Shown here one piece after another: positions 53,637 to 64,000 of a stretch of 64,000 nt of DNA. The notes under the pieces are model-generated. The model searched no databases and had not been told where the DNA came from. It saw nothing but the letters and a program-made list of their open reading frames with translations. Within the stretch, counting starts at the first letter, position 1, and every line of letters begins with the position of its first letter. Source of the DNA: Octopus vulgaris (Eukaryota); contig OX597837.1 of NCBI GenBank assembly GCA_951406725.2, forward strand, positions 4,960,001-5,024,000, read 5' to 3'. Made by a program: the position numbers and the translations under genes.

Positions 53637-54059
53637 GTACATTATCTACATTACTTACTTTCGACGGATATTTGTCCTCATTTTATTTGTTGTTAACACA
53701 ACATTTCAGCTGATATACCCTCCAGCCTTCTTCAGGTGTCATGGGGAAATTTCAAACCTGGGTTCTCATTCCTAAGGTTTTTTCGATGTTATTATTATTA
53801 TTATTATCATCATCATTATTATTATTATTATTATTATCATCATCATTATCATTATTATTATTATTGGTGTTGTTCAGGTCACTGCTTGGAATCAAACTCG
53901 GAATCTTGGGGTTAGTAGTCCGCGCTCTTAACCACTACGCCAAATGCCTGTGAGCATATGGTGTAGTGGTTAACAACAAACAAGATGAGGACAAATATCC
54001 GTCAAATGTAAATAATGTAAATAATGTACATAATTTCTCATCTCTTGAATATAAAACTG
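53637..54059 (-). mobile_element. tRNA-headed element with internal hammerhead-like motif and inverted partial copy
   Basis: Head at 53948 (A box TGGCGTAGTGG, B box GAGTTTGATTCC), (AAT)n, hammerhead 53694-53741, tail repeated inverted at 53969-54029. Confidence 0.65.
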
Positions 54060-54182
54060 TGTAGTGAAGTGTATTTCAACAGAAATATGGTAGCAAAAGT
54101 ATTACGGTGATAACATAATCAAAATTAAAGTATTCCATCAAAATTTTAAATTAATTAATTTTCCAACATCTTAATAACGACA

Positions 54183-54908
54183 AATTTAGAAAATTACTAT
54201 TTGTAAATCTCACAACGAAAGACATTCAGCAACAGTACTTTGGAGTAAAGATTATTTGCCAACATAACATGGCTGTCTTGGTTTAGGATGAATGTTGCTG
54301 TAATTTAGCCCTAGGTAACATTGTCTCCAGCTGGCCATACAACACTATCTGTGCCCTTATATTTTTGAACAAGGGAATCTAGCACCCCCACTCAGCTCAA
54401 AACAATGTCTGTGTATTGAGATTTCTGGGTTATTTCTTTTCATCAGCCAGCTGGAGATGATGTCTCCTGGGGCTAAATTACAGCAACATTTGTCCTGAAC
54501 TAGGACTGCTATGTTATGTAGGCAAACAATCTGGTTGTCGTCAACCAGGAGAATTCATCTACGAAACAATTGCCCCAGCTTCCCTTCAGGGTTGGCGAAA
54601 GCGATGTGGTGGACAACGAAAAACCTGGCTGATGACAGTCAAGGCTGATCTGGAACCCAACCTAGGCCCCCATGACTACAGCGTTAACCACTGGAATAAG
54701 GAGTGGTTGGAGATCATGTGGTCGTTAGCCTCAAATCGCCAGGCCTGGTCAGCGTTTGTGAGATATGCAGCATTGAGGATGAATGAAGCCAGCTCAACCC
54801 ACCCCGGGTGAATGCTGTCTCAAGACAAGAAGAAGAAACAATCTTTACTTCAAAGTACTGTTGCTGAATATCTCTTGTGAGATTTAAAAATAGTAATTTT
54901 CTAATTTA
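54183..54908. mobile_element. Foldback DNA element (~160-bp TIRs) interrupted by an RTE fragment
   Basis: AAATTTAGAAAATTACTATTT.. / ..AAATAGTAATTTTCTAAATTT; arms continue either side of the insertion. Confidence 0.8.
54533..54835 (+). mobile_element. RTE-clade LINE 3' fragment
   Basis: Open 93-codon frame including the stop, ..GWRKRCGGQRKTW..NRQAWSAFVR..THPG*; TSD AAACAATCT at 54524-54532 and 54836-54844. Confidence 0.8.
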
Positions 54909-55202
54909 TAGATCAGTGACTAGTTGTCACTTTGAAAACTATATATATCAAACAGGAATCCAATGAGAAATTTATTTAAGTAAATTCTTTATTATTTTCA
55001 AAAATAAATGAGACAAAGGTAGGGACAGTTGTCTAAGGTTTGCCATAAAGTGGGACTGAAACTGAAACTACATGGTTGCGAAGCTAGCTTCTTAACCACA
55101 CAGCCATGTCTGAGTCTTGTGTGTTAAGTTCCATTGAAAGCGTCGTCTGCGCCAATAAGTACAGGTTATATTGCAGAAAAGAAATAAAAACAAGGGCTGA
55201 CT

Positions 55203-55276
55203 TCAGTAGAAAAGGGTTTCGTCAAATGGTAAATAACCACAACAAGTTACAGCACCACATTTGCAGGGTTTCAATT

Positions 55277-55331
<55 letters not shown>

Positions 55332-56054
55332 GCTATTTTTGTTGTCAGCGTCTGTATTTTGTTTTTGTTTTATGGGGTTTGTTCCAAGGCCGCCGTAATG
55401 AAACGAGAGTTCTTCCCCAGCATTTACATCTCGGAGTGCAAAGAGGCTTAACTTTGGAACGGCGTTTGAAACCCTTACTGCCGTCATCCATAGGTTTGGT
55501 TCACAAGAATGGTTCATAAATCTGCTGATGTTACCAAAATGAGTTGGATCAACGCAGGCTTGGACAAGTTTATCTCCATAATGTTCTTTCAAGACAAGAA
55601 TGTAGTTCATTTCAGTTTGCAGTTCAATCAAACGTGTACGCCGTTTTGCTTCTTCGTTACCAATAATTTCTCCGGCATATTCACTAATGAAGGAACCTCT
55701 GGGAATAAATTCCAAAGTACGCAAGCCAAAGCCTTTGTCAGGTGAGGCAGAAAATACTTCCGTTTTGAAGTGAATGCCATGCTGAACTAATCGATTAGAG
55801 CAGTTGGCTCTGCAAGAACAATCCGGGTTACATTCATAAATTGGTGAAGAGAGTTCCGATTCTGATGATTCTACTGTGGAAGGAAAATATCGCTGTTGAA
55901 TTTTTTGGTCTTCTGTGTATGCAGCGCCACCAGATATCTGTATGCAAGAACAACTGTTTGGTTTGCAGATGATTTGATCACATGTGCAGCCTCTAAATTG
56001 AGTCTCAAATTCTTCCATTTGACATCCTTGTCCAGGAATGTTTTGTTTTATGTA
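55203..56054 (-). CDS. SETMAR: Terminal coding exon of SETMAR-type histone-lysine N-methyltransferase (pre-SET, SET, post-SET; no transposase)
   Basis: TTTTCAG acceptor then YIKQNIPG (phase 0); 9-Cys pre-SET, KGFGLRTLEFIPRG, EYAGE, RFMNHSCEPN, ELSFHY, CKCGAVTC..LPFD; closely parallels the vertebrate SETMAR SET exon as recalled. AATAAA on minus at ~54971-54994. Confidence 0.92.
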
Positions 56055-56104
56055 CTGAAAAAAGAAGAAAAAAGAGAAATTGAAGTAAATTTATACAAAT
56101 TCCA

Positions 56105-56405
56105 GTTTGAGTTTTTTTATATATGTTTCTTTATTAGCCACATGGGGATGAACACAGAGGGGGGCAAATTACAAAGTAGAGCTTTTCTTTTTGGGGAGAA
56201 AAAATAAAAATAAAAAAATAAAATGTGGGGTAGGTTTTCGATCAAAGGGGGTCATAAAAAGAGAGAGAAAAAAACGATCAATAGGGATTGTGTATCACAG
56301 AAATGTCATGATGTAAAGTGTAAAGGGGAAGCAGATGAAGTTTATCCGTGGAAAGAAAAGCCTACGGAAAAGATCACGGTAACCTCGGTCAATAATGTCA
56401 CATGT
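56105..56405 (-). mobile_element. Probable LINE 3' UTR fragment with AATAAA tail
   Basis: Ends CCCTCTGTGTTCATCCCCATGTGGCTAATAAAGAAA, matching the Meta-like SINE tail and 12420-12480. Confidence 0.5.
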
Positions 56406-56916
56406 TAACACATTTATCCTTTATTATTATTGATAGATAGATAGATAGATGGATGGATAGACAGACACACAGACAGACAGACAGGCAAGTGGGGCCCAGT
56501 TAGAATTTTCTTCAGGTCGAGTAACCCATCCTGCTCAAAAGGTCCCTGAATAAGGATTGTTTAAGGATGTTGAACGAATCACTCATGTTTCCAGAGGTGA
56601 ATTATTCAAACCCCAAAGAATCCCTCTCAACACATAGCTATGATGCTCCCCCACTACTTCAGCTCGTGATCAGAGATGCACATATTGTTAGCCACTAAGG
56701 GACATGCTCAACTAGTTAAGATCAAACAACTGACAAGCAAATCTGTGGTATTGAGCAGAATATTTGCTGTAGCCAATCTTTTATTATTATCATTATTATT
56801 ATTATCATTATGTTTTTTCCTTCTTTCTTCAAATTTTCTTCCGTTTCTCGCCGAGTGTTTTCCATACACCTAGGGCAGAGAAGGGCATTGTATGCATTCC
56901 CAGATTACACGCGCAA

Positions 56917-56969
<53 letters not shown>

Positions 56970-56992
56970 CATTATTATTATTATTATTATTA

Positions 56993-57023
<31 letters not shown>

Positions 57024-57054
57024 CATTATTATTATTATTATTATTATTATTACA

Positions 57055-57098
<44 letters not shown>

Positions 57099-57737
57099 AA
57101 TTCCTCTGAGGTCAACTTTGCCTTTCATCGTCTTGGGGTCGATAAAATAAGTACTAGTTGAACACTGGGGTTGAAGTAATCGACAAATCCCCAGCTCCCC
57201 AAAAGCTGCCCTTGTGGCAAAAATTTGAAATAACTACCATTATTATTATTATTATTATTATTAAAATTCCACGAGTTTTGGACACACAGACTTCATAAGA
57301 GAACTGGAAAGAAAGAATTTTTAAATGAAAAAAGCAAAAAAAAAACAAAAACAAAACATGCCTGAAATATTGTAAGAATTCTTCATTTTCTCAAAGTTTG
57401 CACATTCCAGGAATGATTGTTATTTAACTTTGCTCAATTAATTAAAGAGTTTTCATTAATTAACTCTTATCAAAATAAAGAAATCTCATTACCATCACCA
57501 TTATCATCCTCATCATCGTCACCACCACTGCTGCTCACAGTGAGCTGGCAGAATTGTTAGAGTGCTAGGTAATATGCTTAATTGCATTTCATCAAGCTTT
57601 ATGTTCTGAGTTCAATTCCTATCAAGGTCGACTTTGTCATTCACCTTTTTAGGATCAACATGATGGGCAAAATGCTTAGCGGATTATACATATGTAGTAA
57701 AAGCAAGAAGGATTCATGAATCAAACAGAACTCACTG

Positions 57738-57798
57738 TGTTGCAGATGATGTAGTATCACTTATGTATCTAATACAAATTACGAAACAGCTGTCAACA
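57738..57798 (+). ncRNA. Variant hammerhead-like motif
   Basis: UGUUG-CAGAUGA-U-GUAGU..AUUAC-GAAA-CAGCUG-U-CAACA; U4A change and no unpaired N17. Confidence 0.4.
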
Positions 57799-57997
57799 AA
57801 TCGAATAAGCATCTATTTTCTCACTTTTCTTACATGGTCAAGACTTTATATATATAATATATATATATATTACTCAAAGGAATTCCAACTCTGTTTTTAA
57901 TGTTTTATTATTAATATAGGATATGGAATATAGAATATATAGTAAGAAAGAAATGAAATGAAATATTGAAAATTAAATACTAAATGTCTATTCTCAT

Positions 57998-58040
57998 TGA
58001 ACTAGTATACTTTCTTGCATTTAAGCATTCATCAGGTTCA
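57998..58040 (-). ncRNA. Minimal type I hammerhead ribozyme-like motif
   Basis: UGAAC-CUGAUGA-AUGC(UUAAAU)GCAA-GAAA-GUAUAC-UA-GUUCA; perfect 5-bp stem I, palindromic AGUAUACU, CUA site. Confidence 0.75.
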
Positions 58041-58090
58041 GATTGTGACAGGAATGCTTCGACTGTCACAGTATATATATATATATATAT

Positions 58091-58216
58091 TTACCAACCA
58101 CATGGTTCCGGGTTCAGTCCCACTGTGTGGCACCTTCTACTATAGCCTTGGGCCGACCAAAGTCTTGTGAGTGGATTTGGTAGGCGGAAACTGAAAGAAG
58201 CCCGTCGGTTAATATG

Positions 58217-58247
<31 letters not shown>

Positions 58248-58430
58248 TTGTGTGTCTGTGTTTGTCCCCCTAGCATTGCTTGACAACCGATGCTGGTGTG
58301 TTTATGTCCCCGTTACTTAGCGGTTCGGCAAAAGAGACCGATAGAATAAGTACTGGGCTTACAAAAAAGAATAGTCCCGGTGCTCCAGCATGGCCGCAGT
58401 CAAATGACTGAAACAAGTAAAAGAAAAAGA
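58091..58430 (+). mobile_element. CORE-like SINE with deletions
   Basis: As 2981-3387, 5'-truncated. Confidence 0.8.
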
Positions 58431-59244
58431 GAGAAATATATACATACACATATACATACATTCATATGGATGAATGAGCAGATAGATGGGTGGGCAGACT
58501 AGTACATCTACCCAAGCCCACCTCACACACCCATCTACTGTTCACTTATAACCCACACTGTGGTTGACCTCCCAGCCACCCTGGCACCCACACTGAACAC
58601 TATAGCCAATCCATCCTCAGCCAGAGTGTCAAAACCCTCAGTAATACTCTTCCAGTCATGAACTTTTGCAATGTGTAAATGGCATCAGTCTTACCATTTT
58701 TAAGGGTGCATACAAGGCCAGACGTACTTTTGCTTTCATCTTAACCAAGCCGTACATTTACATTCTGAATTGAAAGTAAGGCTTCTTTGATGTATCAAGA
58801 GGTGAAGCCATTCAGTTTGTTTCTTTGAAATTAAACATATGAGCTGAGGATAAATAGACATATTAAAACCATGAGAATAATGGAGTCTGAATTATATGCT
58901 GTATGGTTGGAGAAGTTTGCTTTCCAACCATATGGTCTCAGGTTCAGTCCCAGTATGTGGTGTCTTGTTGTAAATGTCTTCTATTATAGCTCCAGACTGA
59001 CCAATGCCTTGTGAGTGGATTTTGAAGACGGAAGATGAAAACAGAAAGAATCCCATCGTGTATATATATACATAAGTGCAGGAGTGGCTGTGTGGTAAGA
59101 AGCTTGCTTACCAACCACATGGTTCCGGGTTCAGTACCACTGGGTGGTACCTTGGGTAAGTGTCTTCTACTTATAGCCTCAGGAAGACCAAAGCCTTGTG
59201 AGTGGATTTGGTAGAGGGAAACTCAAAGAAGCCCATCACTTATG

Positions 59245-59632
59245 TAGCAGTATCGCCTGGCATTGCTCGGGTTTGTTTCGACCATTTAGAATTAGAATTT
59301 TTGAAAACGAAAAAAGTTGCATGATGTAGCTTGTTATTCTCTTTAAGTGAACATTTTTCTGGTTGAAATACACCGGAAAATGGCAACACAGCAGTAAAAA
59401 AATCGTAAAAAATAGGGATTTTCATAGAAAAAAAGCACTTTTTTGATGTAAATAAATTTTGGTGTTAACATAGTCCGATTTGAATTTTATCTTCTATGGA
59501 AGGAAGAGCAAGCCTTCTTCTATCATACTTTCAATTTTGGTCAACTTGCGCCACAGGGTCTCGGAGGAGATAGTGTTAGTTGAAGGCTACCAAACCTGCC
59601 ATACACAGACAACTTCAGCTTTATATATATAT
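59245..59632 (-). mobile_element. Non-autonomous Helitron, second copy
   Basis: Highly similar to 7964-8356. Confidence 0.75.
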
Positions 59633-59739
59633 ATACACACTCATAGATATCCTTTTATCAACCAACACACACACACACGTATACGTATACAGAGATGAAG
59701 ATGAAGATGCATGGAGAATAAGAAGATATTCCTTAATGT

Positions 59740-59899
59740 TTATTTCCCCAACATTCTTCCTTCGCCAGATAACGATTTAACATCTCTCCAATCTGTTTTA
59801 TACAAATTTTTTCTATCTTCAGCTGAGTTATGCATTACGTCATTTAACACATACACCTTGTCAGAGACCGGCATTTTCATTAATCTGGTGTGATTAAAC
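59740..59899 (-). CDS. Candidate terminal coding exon of an unidentified gene (52 aa)
   Basis: TTTACAG|G acceptor; FNHTRLMKMPVSDKVY..KSLSGEGRMLGK*; unique sequence; the other two frames close early; AATAAA overlaps the stop. Confidence 0.45.
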
Positions 59900-61300
59900 C
59901 TGTAAACACATTTCAATAACATTTTCAGATCTTTAAAGCAATGAGCTTGCAGAATCATTAACAGGCTCAGAAAAATGCTTAGAGGCATTTTGTCCGTTTT
60001 TATGTTCTGAGTTTAAATTCCGCTGAGGTCAACTTTGCCTTTTGTCCTTTCGGGGTTGATTAAATAAGTATCAGTCACGCACTGGAGTTGATGTAATCGA
60101 CTTAATTCCTTCCCCAAAATTTGAGGTCTTGTGCTTCCAGTAGAAAGAATTTTGATTATTATTATTATGATTATTGTTATTATTATTATTATTATTATTA
60201 TTGAGACCTCCTTTGGTCATGACTGACCATGGGATTGCACCTAGAAAGTTACTCTCCCAGGCACAAGTCTGGGCAAGGTTGTTTATGGAAGACCAGCAGT
60301 CACCCATGCATACCGACCACCTCTCTCCATGCCACTGATGTTATCAAATACTGGGTTCAAATACTTGGTTCAAACACTGAGTTCAAATACTTGGTGTGTG
60401 TGTGTGTGGGTGTGTGTGTGTTTATCTTTCAGTTTTTGTCTGTCCTCTCACTCACTGTTTAATAATAGGTGCTGGTTTGTTTATGTCCCTTTAACTAATA
60501 AGTTTTGCAAAAGAGACTCAATAAAATAACTACCAAACTTTAAAAAAAATAGATAAATACTGGGATCAGTCTCTTTGACTAAAACTCTTCGAAGTGGTGC
60601 CCCAGCATGGCCACAGCCCAATGAATGAAATACATAAAAGAAAAATTTAAAAAATAAATAGATATTATGCATGCATCTTGTAATACTTCAAACTATTCTC
60701 CTCATCAGCTGATGAATGAAAGATCACAAAAGTTCTGGCATTTTCTGTCAGTCTTAGAATTGGTACATTTAACCTGAGTAAACAAACCTAAAATTCCTCA
60801 CTTTATTCCAAACAATTTGGTGAGAAGTAGAACTGCCTGTGGCTCTAAATCTAAATAAAGCTTTCTACCTATGGTAAAAGTGATCTTAAGCAGCACTTGT
60901 CTGCCTGTCTGTCTATCTGTCCGTCAGTCTATCTGTCTGTCCGTCCGTCTATGTATGTATGTGTCTGCCTGTCTCTTTATCTATCTGTTTGTCTGTCTAT
61001 CTGTCTCTCTGTTTATCTATCTGTCTCTCTCAGACTGTGCTGACCACAGCCTTGTGAGCGAATTGAGTAGACGGAAACTGAAAGAAGCCTGTTGTATATG
61101 CTTATGAATATTGTGGTTGTGTGGTTAGAAGCCTGCTTCCCAATAAACATGGTTCCGGGTTCAGTACCACAGCGTGAGACCTTGGGCAAATGTCTTTTAC
61201 CATATCCTTGGTCCAAGAAAAACCCTCTGAGGGAATTTGGCAGACAGAAACTGAAAGAAGTCCATTCTGTGCATGTGTGTGTGTATGTGTGTGTGTGTGT

Positions 61301-61343
<43 letters not shown>

Positions 61344-62445
61344 AGTTAGTGTTTGTTGTCCACCACCGTTTGACAAGTGTTTGTCAAATCCCCCTGTGTT
61401 CACATCCCCGTAACTTAGCAGTGCATGAAAAATAGAGCGATACAATAAGTACCAGGCTCAAAAAAAAAAAAAAAAAAAAGTACAGGGGTCGATTTATTCA
61501 ACTAAGAATTATTCAAGGCAGTGCCCCAGCATGGCCACAATCTAATAAAGAAAAGAAGTAAAAGATCAAAAATATAAATTGAAATAAAGAATTATAAAAG
61601 CATCCAAATACTCTGTCGCCGACCCCTTTAAAAAAGACAACCCAAACCCCTTAAACCCCACCACTACCCTAAAAATAAACTCCCTAAAATAAATTCCTTT
61701 GAATCTATAAAAAACCTGAGCTCAATGATTCAAAGAATTGCTCATTCTTTCAGAAAGAAGAAAGCAGAACCAAAATAGAAACCAGAATTGGTAAGATGAG
61801 CCAACAACGGAGTCTCTACAGGGCTGTCTGACATGCTAGAAATAACAGACAATATTTCCCTCAAATTACATCCTACTGTTGTTTTAAAGAAAAAAAGGAT
61901 AATACATTACACAGGTCATTAGAGTACGGCCATGCTGGGGTACTGCCTTGAAGAATTCTTAGTCAAATAAATCGATCCCCATACTTTTTTTTTTGAGATT
62001 TTCTATGGCTGGATGCTGTTCCTGTCACCAACCCTTACTGGTTTCCAAGCAGAGTAACGTTTCCTCATGGCCAGACATGTTTTCCACAGGAAACTGGAAG
62101 CAACTGGCATCTTTTTGTACGATGGTGATGCTTGTTTGAAACCATTACCCGATATCAAAACAAGGGTATACATACACACACACACATACATACACACATA
62201 CACACAAATACACATAGGCACACATCCAAATGCACACATACACACACAAATATACACATGCACATATGCACACACAAATTCAGCAACATACATAAATACA
62301 CACACACACAGATCGACACACATGCTCGCACACAAATACACACATACACACACACACACACACACACAAATAAACTCACATGCTCATACACAAATATACA
62401 CACACACAAATACACACACACTCACACATACACACAGAGAAATGC

Positions 62446-62506
<61 letters not shown>

Positions 62507-62825
62507 TACACACACACAACAACAACAACAACAATAACAACACACACATGATTTCGCTAATTCAGTACCCTCTCAAGGTCATTTATGCACAATTATGTTC
62601 ATAATTAGTGCAGATTATTAATTATAAACTCTTGCTTATGTGATTTCAGTTCTTTGGTTTCAGCAACATGGAACTCGATACTTCTGTCTCCCCACCCCCA
62701 CCTCTCTCCCCCTCTCTATCTTGTGTAACAGCAAAAAATATAAACCGCAAAAAGTGTTAACATCATTCAGTATTTAAATATCATCATCATCATCGTCGTC
62801 ACCATTATATATATATGTGCACATC

Positions 62826-62856
<31 letters not shown>

Positions 62857-62857
<1 letters not shown>

Positions 62858-63113
62858 CATCATCATCGTCGTTTAATATCCGCTTTCCATGCTAGCATGG
62901 GTTGGATGATTTGACTGGGGTCTGGCAAACCAGATGGCTGCACCAGGCTCCAATCTTGATCTGGCAGAGTTTCTACAGCTGGATGCCCTTCCTAACGCCA
63001 ACCACTCCGAGAGTGTAGTGGGTGCTTTTATGTGCCAGTAAGGCGATGCTGATATCGATCACGCTCGAATGGTGTCTTTTACATGCCACCGGCACAGAGG
63101 CCAGATAGCCGCT

Positions 63114-63144
<31 letters not shown>

Positions 63145-63297
63145 ATGGGCTTCTTTCAGTTTCTGTGTACCAAATCCACTCACAAGGCTTTGGTCAGCCT
63201 GAGGCTATAGTAGAAGACACTTGCTCAAGGTGCCATGCAGTGGGACTGAACCCAGAACCATATGGCTGGTAAGCAAGCTACTTAACACACAGCCACA
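62857..63297 (-). mobile_element. Composite: CORE-like head, (TA)n, RTE 3' tail
   Basis: Same order as 28612-28995. Confidence 0.6.
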
Positions 63298-63318
63298 CAT
63301 AAACACACACTCATGTAT

Positions 63319-63730
63319 AGGTGCAGGAGTGGCGGTGTTGTAAGTAGCTTGCTTACCAACCACATAGTTCCGGGTTCAGTCCTACTCCGTGGCACCTTGG
63401 GCAAGTGCCTTCTACTATAGCCTCGGGCCGACCACAACCTGGTGAGTGGATTTGGTAGACGGAAACTGAAAGAAGCCTATCATATATATGTATATGTATA
63501 TGTGTGTGTGTGTGTGTGCTTGTTTGTGGGTTTGTATTTGTCCCCCCAACATCGCTTGACAATCGATGCTGGTGTGTTTACATCCCCTTAACTTAGTGGT
63601 TCGGCAAAAGAGATTGATAGAATAAGTACTAGGCTTACAAAGAATAAGTCCTGGGGTTGATTTGCTCGACTAAAGGCATTGCTCCAGCATGGCCACAGTC
63701 AAATGACTGAAACAAGTAAAAGAACAAAAG
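63319..63730 (+). mobile_element. CORE-like SINE flanked by inverted heads
   Basis: Full copy; minus-strand heads at 63145-63297 and 63770-63930. Confidence 0.85.
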
Positions 63731-64000
63731 AATAGGTGCAGCTGGTAAGAAGTACACACTACACATATAGGGCTTCTTTCAGTTTCCATATTCCATTTCC
63801 ACTCATAAAGCTTTGGTTGACCTGAGTCTATAGTAGAAGACACTTGTCCAAGGTGCTATGCAGTGGGCTTGAACCTGAAATCATGTGGTTGGGAAGCAAG
63901 CTCCTTATCCATACAACTATGCCTGCGCCTTAGCAAGCTTCTTATCTTCAAAGCCTCTCCTGTGGTTTAAAATGTATATTGTTTCCCTGGTGGGGAATTG

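Noticed and set aside
53875-53948. tRNA gene (also all other SINE heads)
   Set aside because: Acceptor and anticodon stems do not pair fully; continues into repeat body.
60345-60395. 12-bp tandem TTCAAATACTTGG x4 as B-box cluster
   Set aside because: Does not fit GTTCRANNC; local slippage at a SINE breakpoint.
60700-60730. CTGATGA..GAAA near 60709 (and CTGACGA near 39095)
   Set aside because: No stem II or stem I pairing; chance core matches.

Overview
AT-rich, repeat-saturated animal genomic DNA. The SINE families and extreme microsatellite density point to a cephalopod, most likely Octopus (inference). Nearly all ORFs in the supplied track are microsatellite or SINE artefacts. One gene is well supported: the large terminal coding exon of a SETMAR-type pre-SET/SET/post-SET methyltransferase without a mariner fusion (55203-56054, minus). 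It carries a pure (AGT)18 poly-Ser tract and Phe at the F/Y-switch position. Weaker candidates are a terminal exon of another minus-strand gene (59740-59899), a CpG-rich promoter near 37.0-37.5 kb and a few possible minus-strand exons. The rest is tRNA-derived SINEs (CORE-like, and Meta-like ones often as ~185-bp head-to-tail concatemers), RTE and Dong/R4 LINE 3' ends, Helitron/Helentron derivatives, MITEs and a SINE-bounded 5.16-kb tandem duplication. The most interesting signal is a set of about 8-10 hammerhead-ribozyme-like motifs in several unrelated, mostly (TA)n-embedded Penelope-like repeats. One of them sits in a tRNA-headed (Pol III-type) element at 53.6-54.1 kb, a candidate ribozyme-bearing SINE/retrozyme. 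All folds and identities were judged by eye; coordinates of repeats are approximate.
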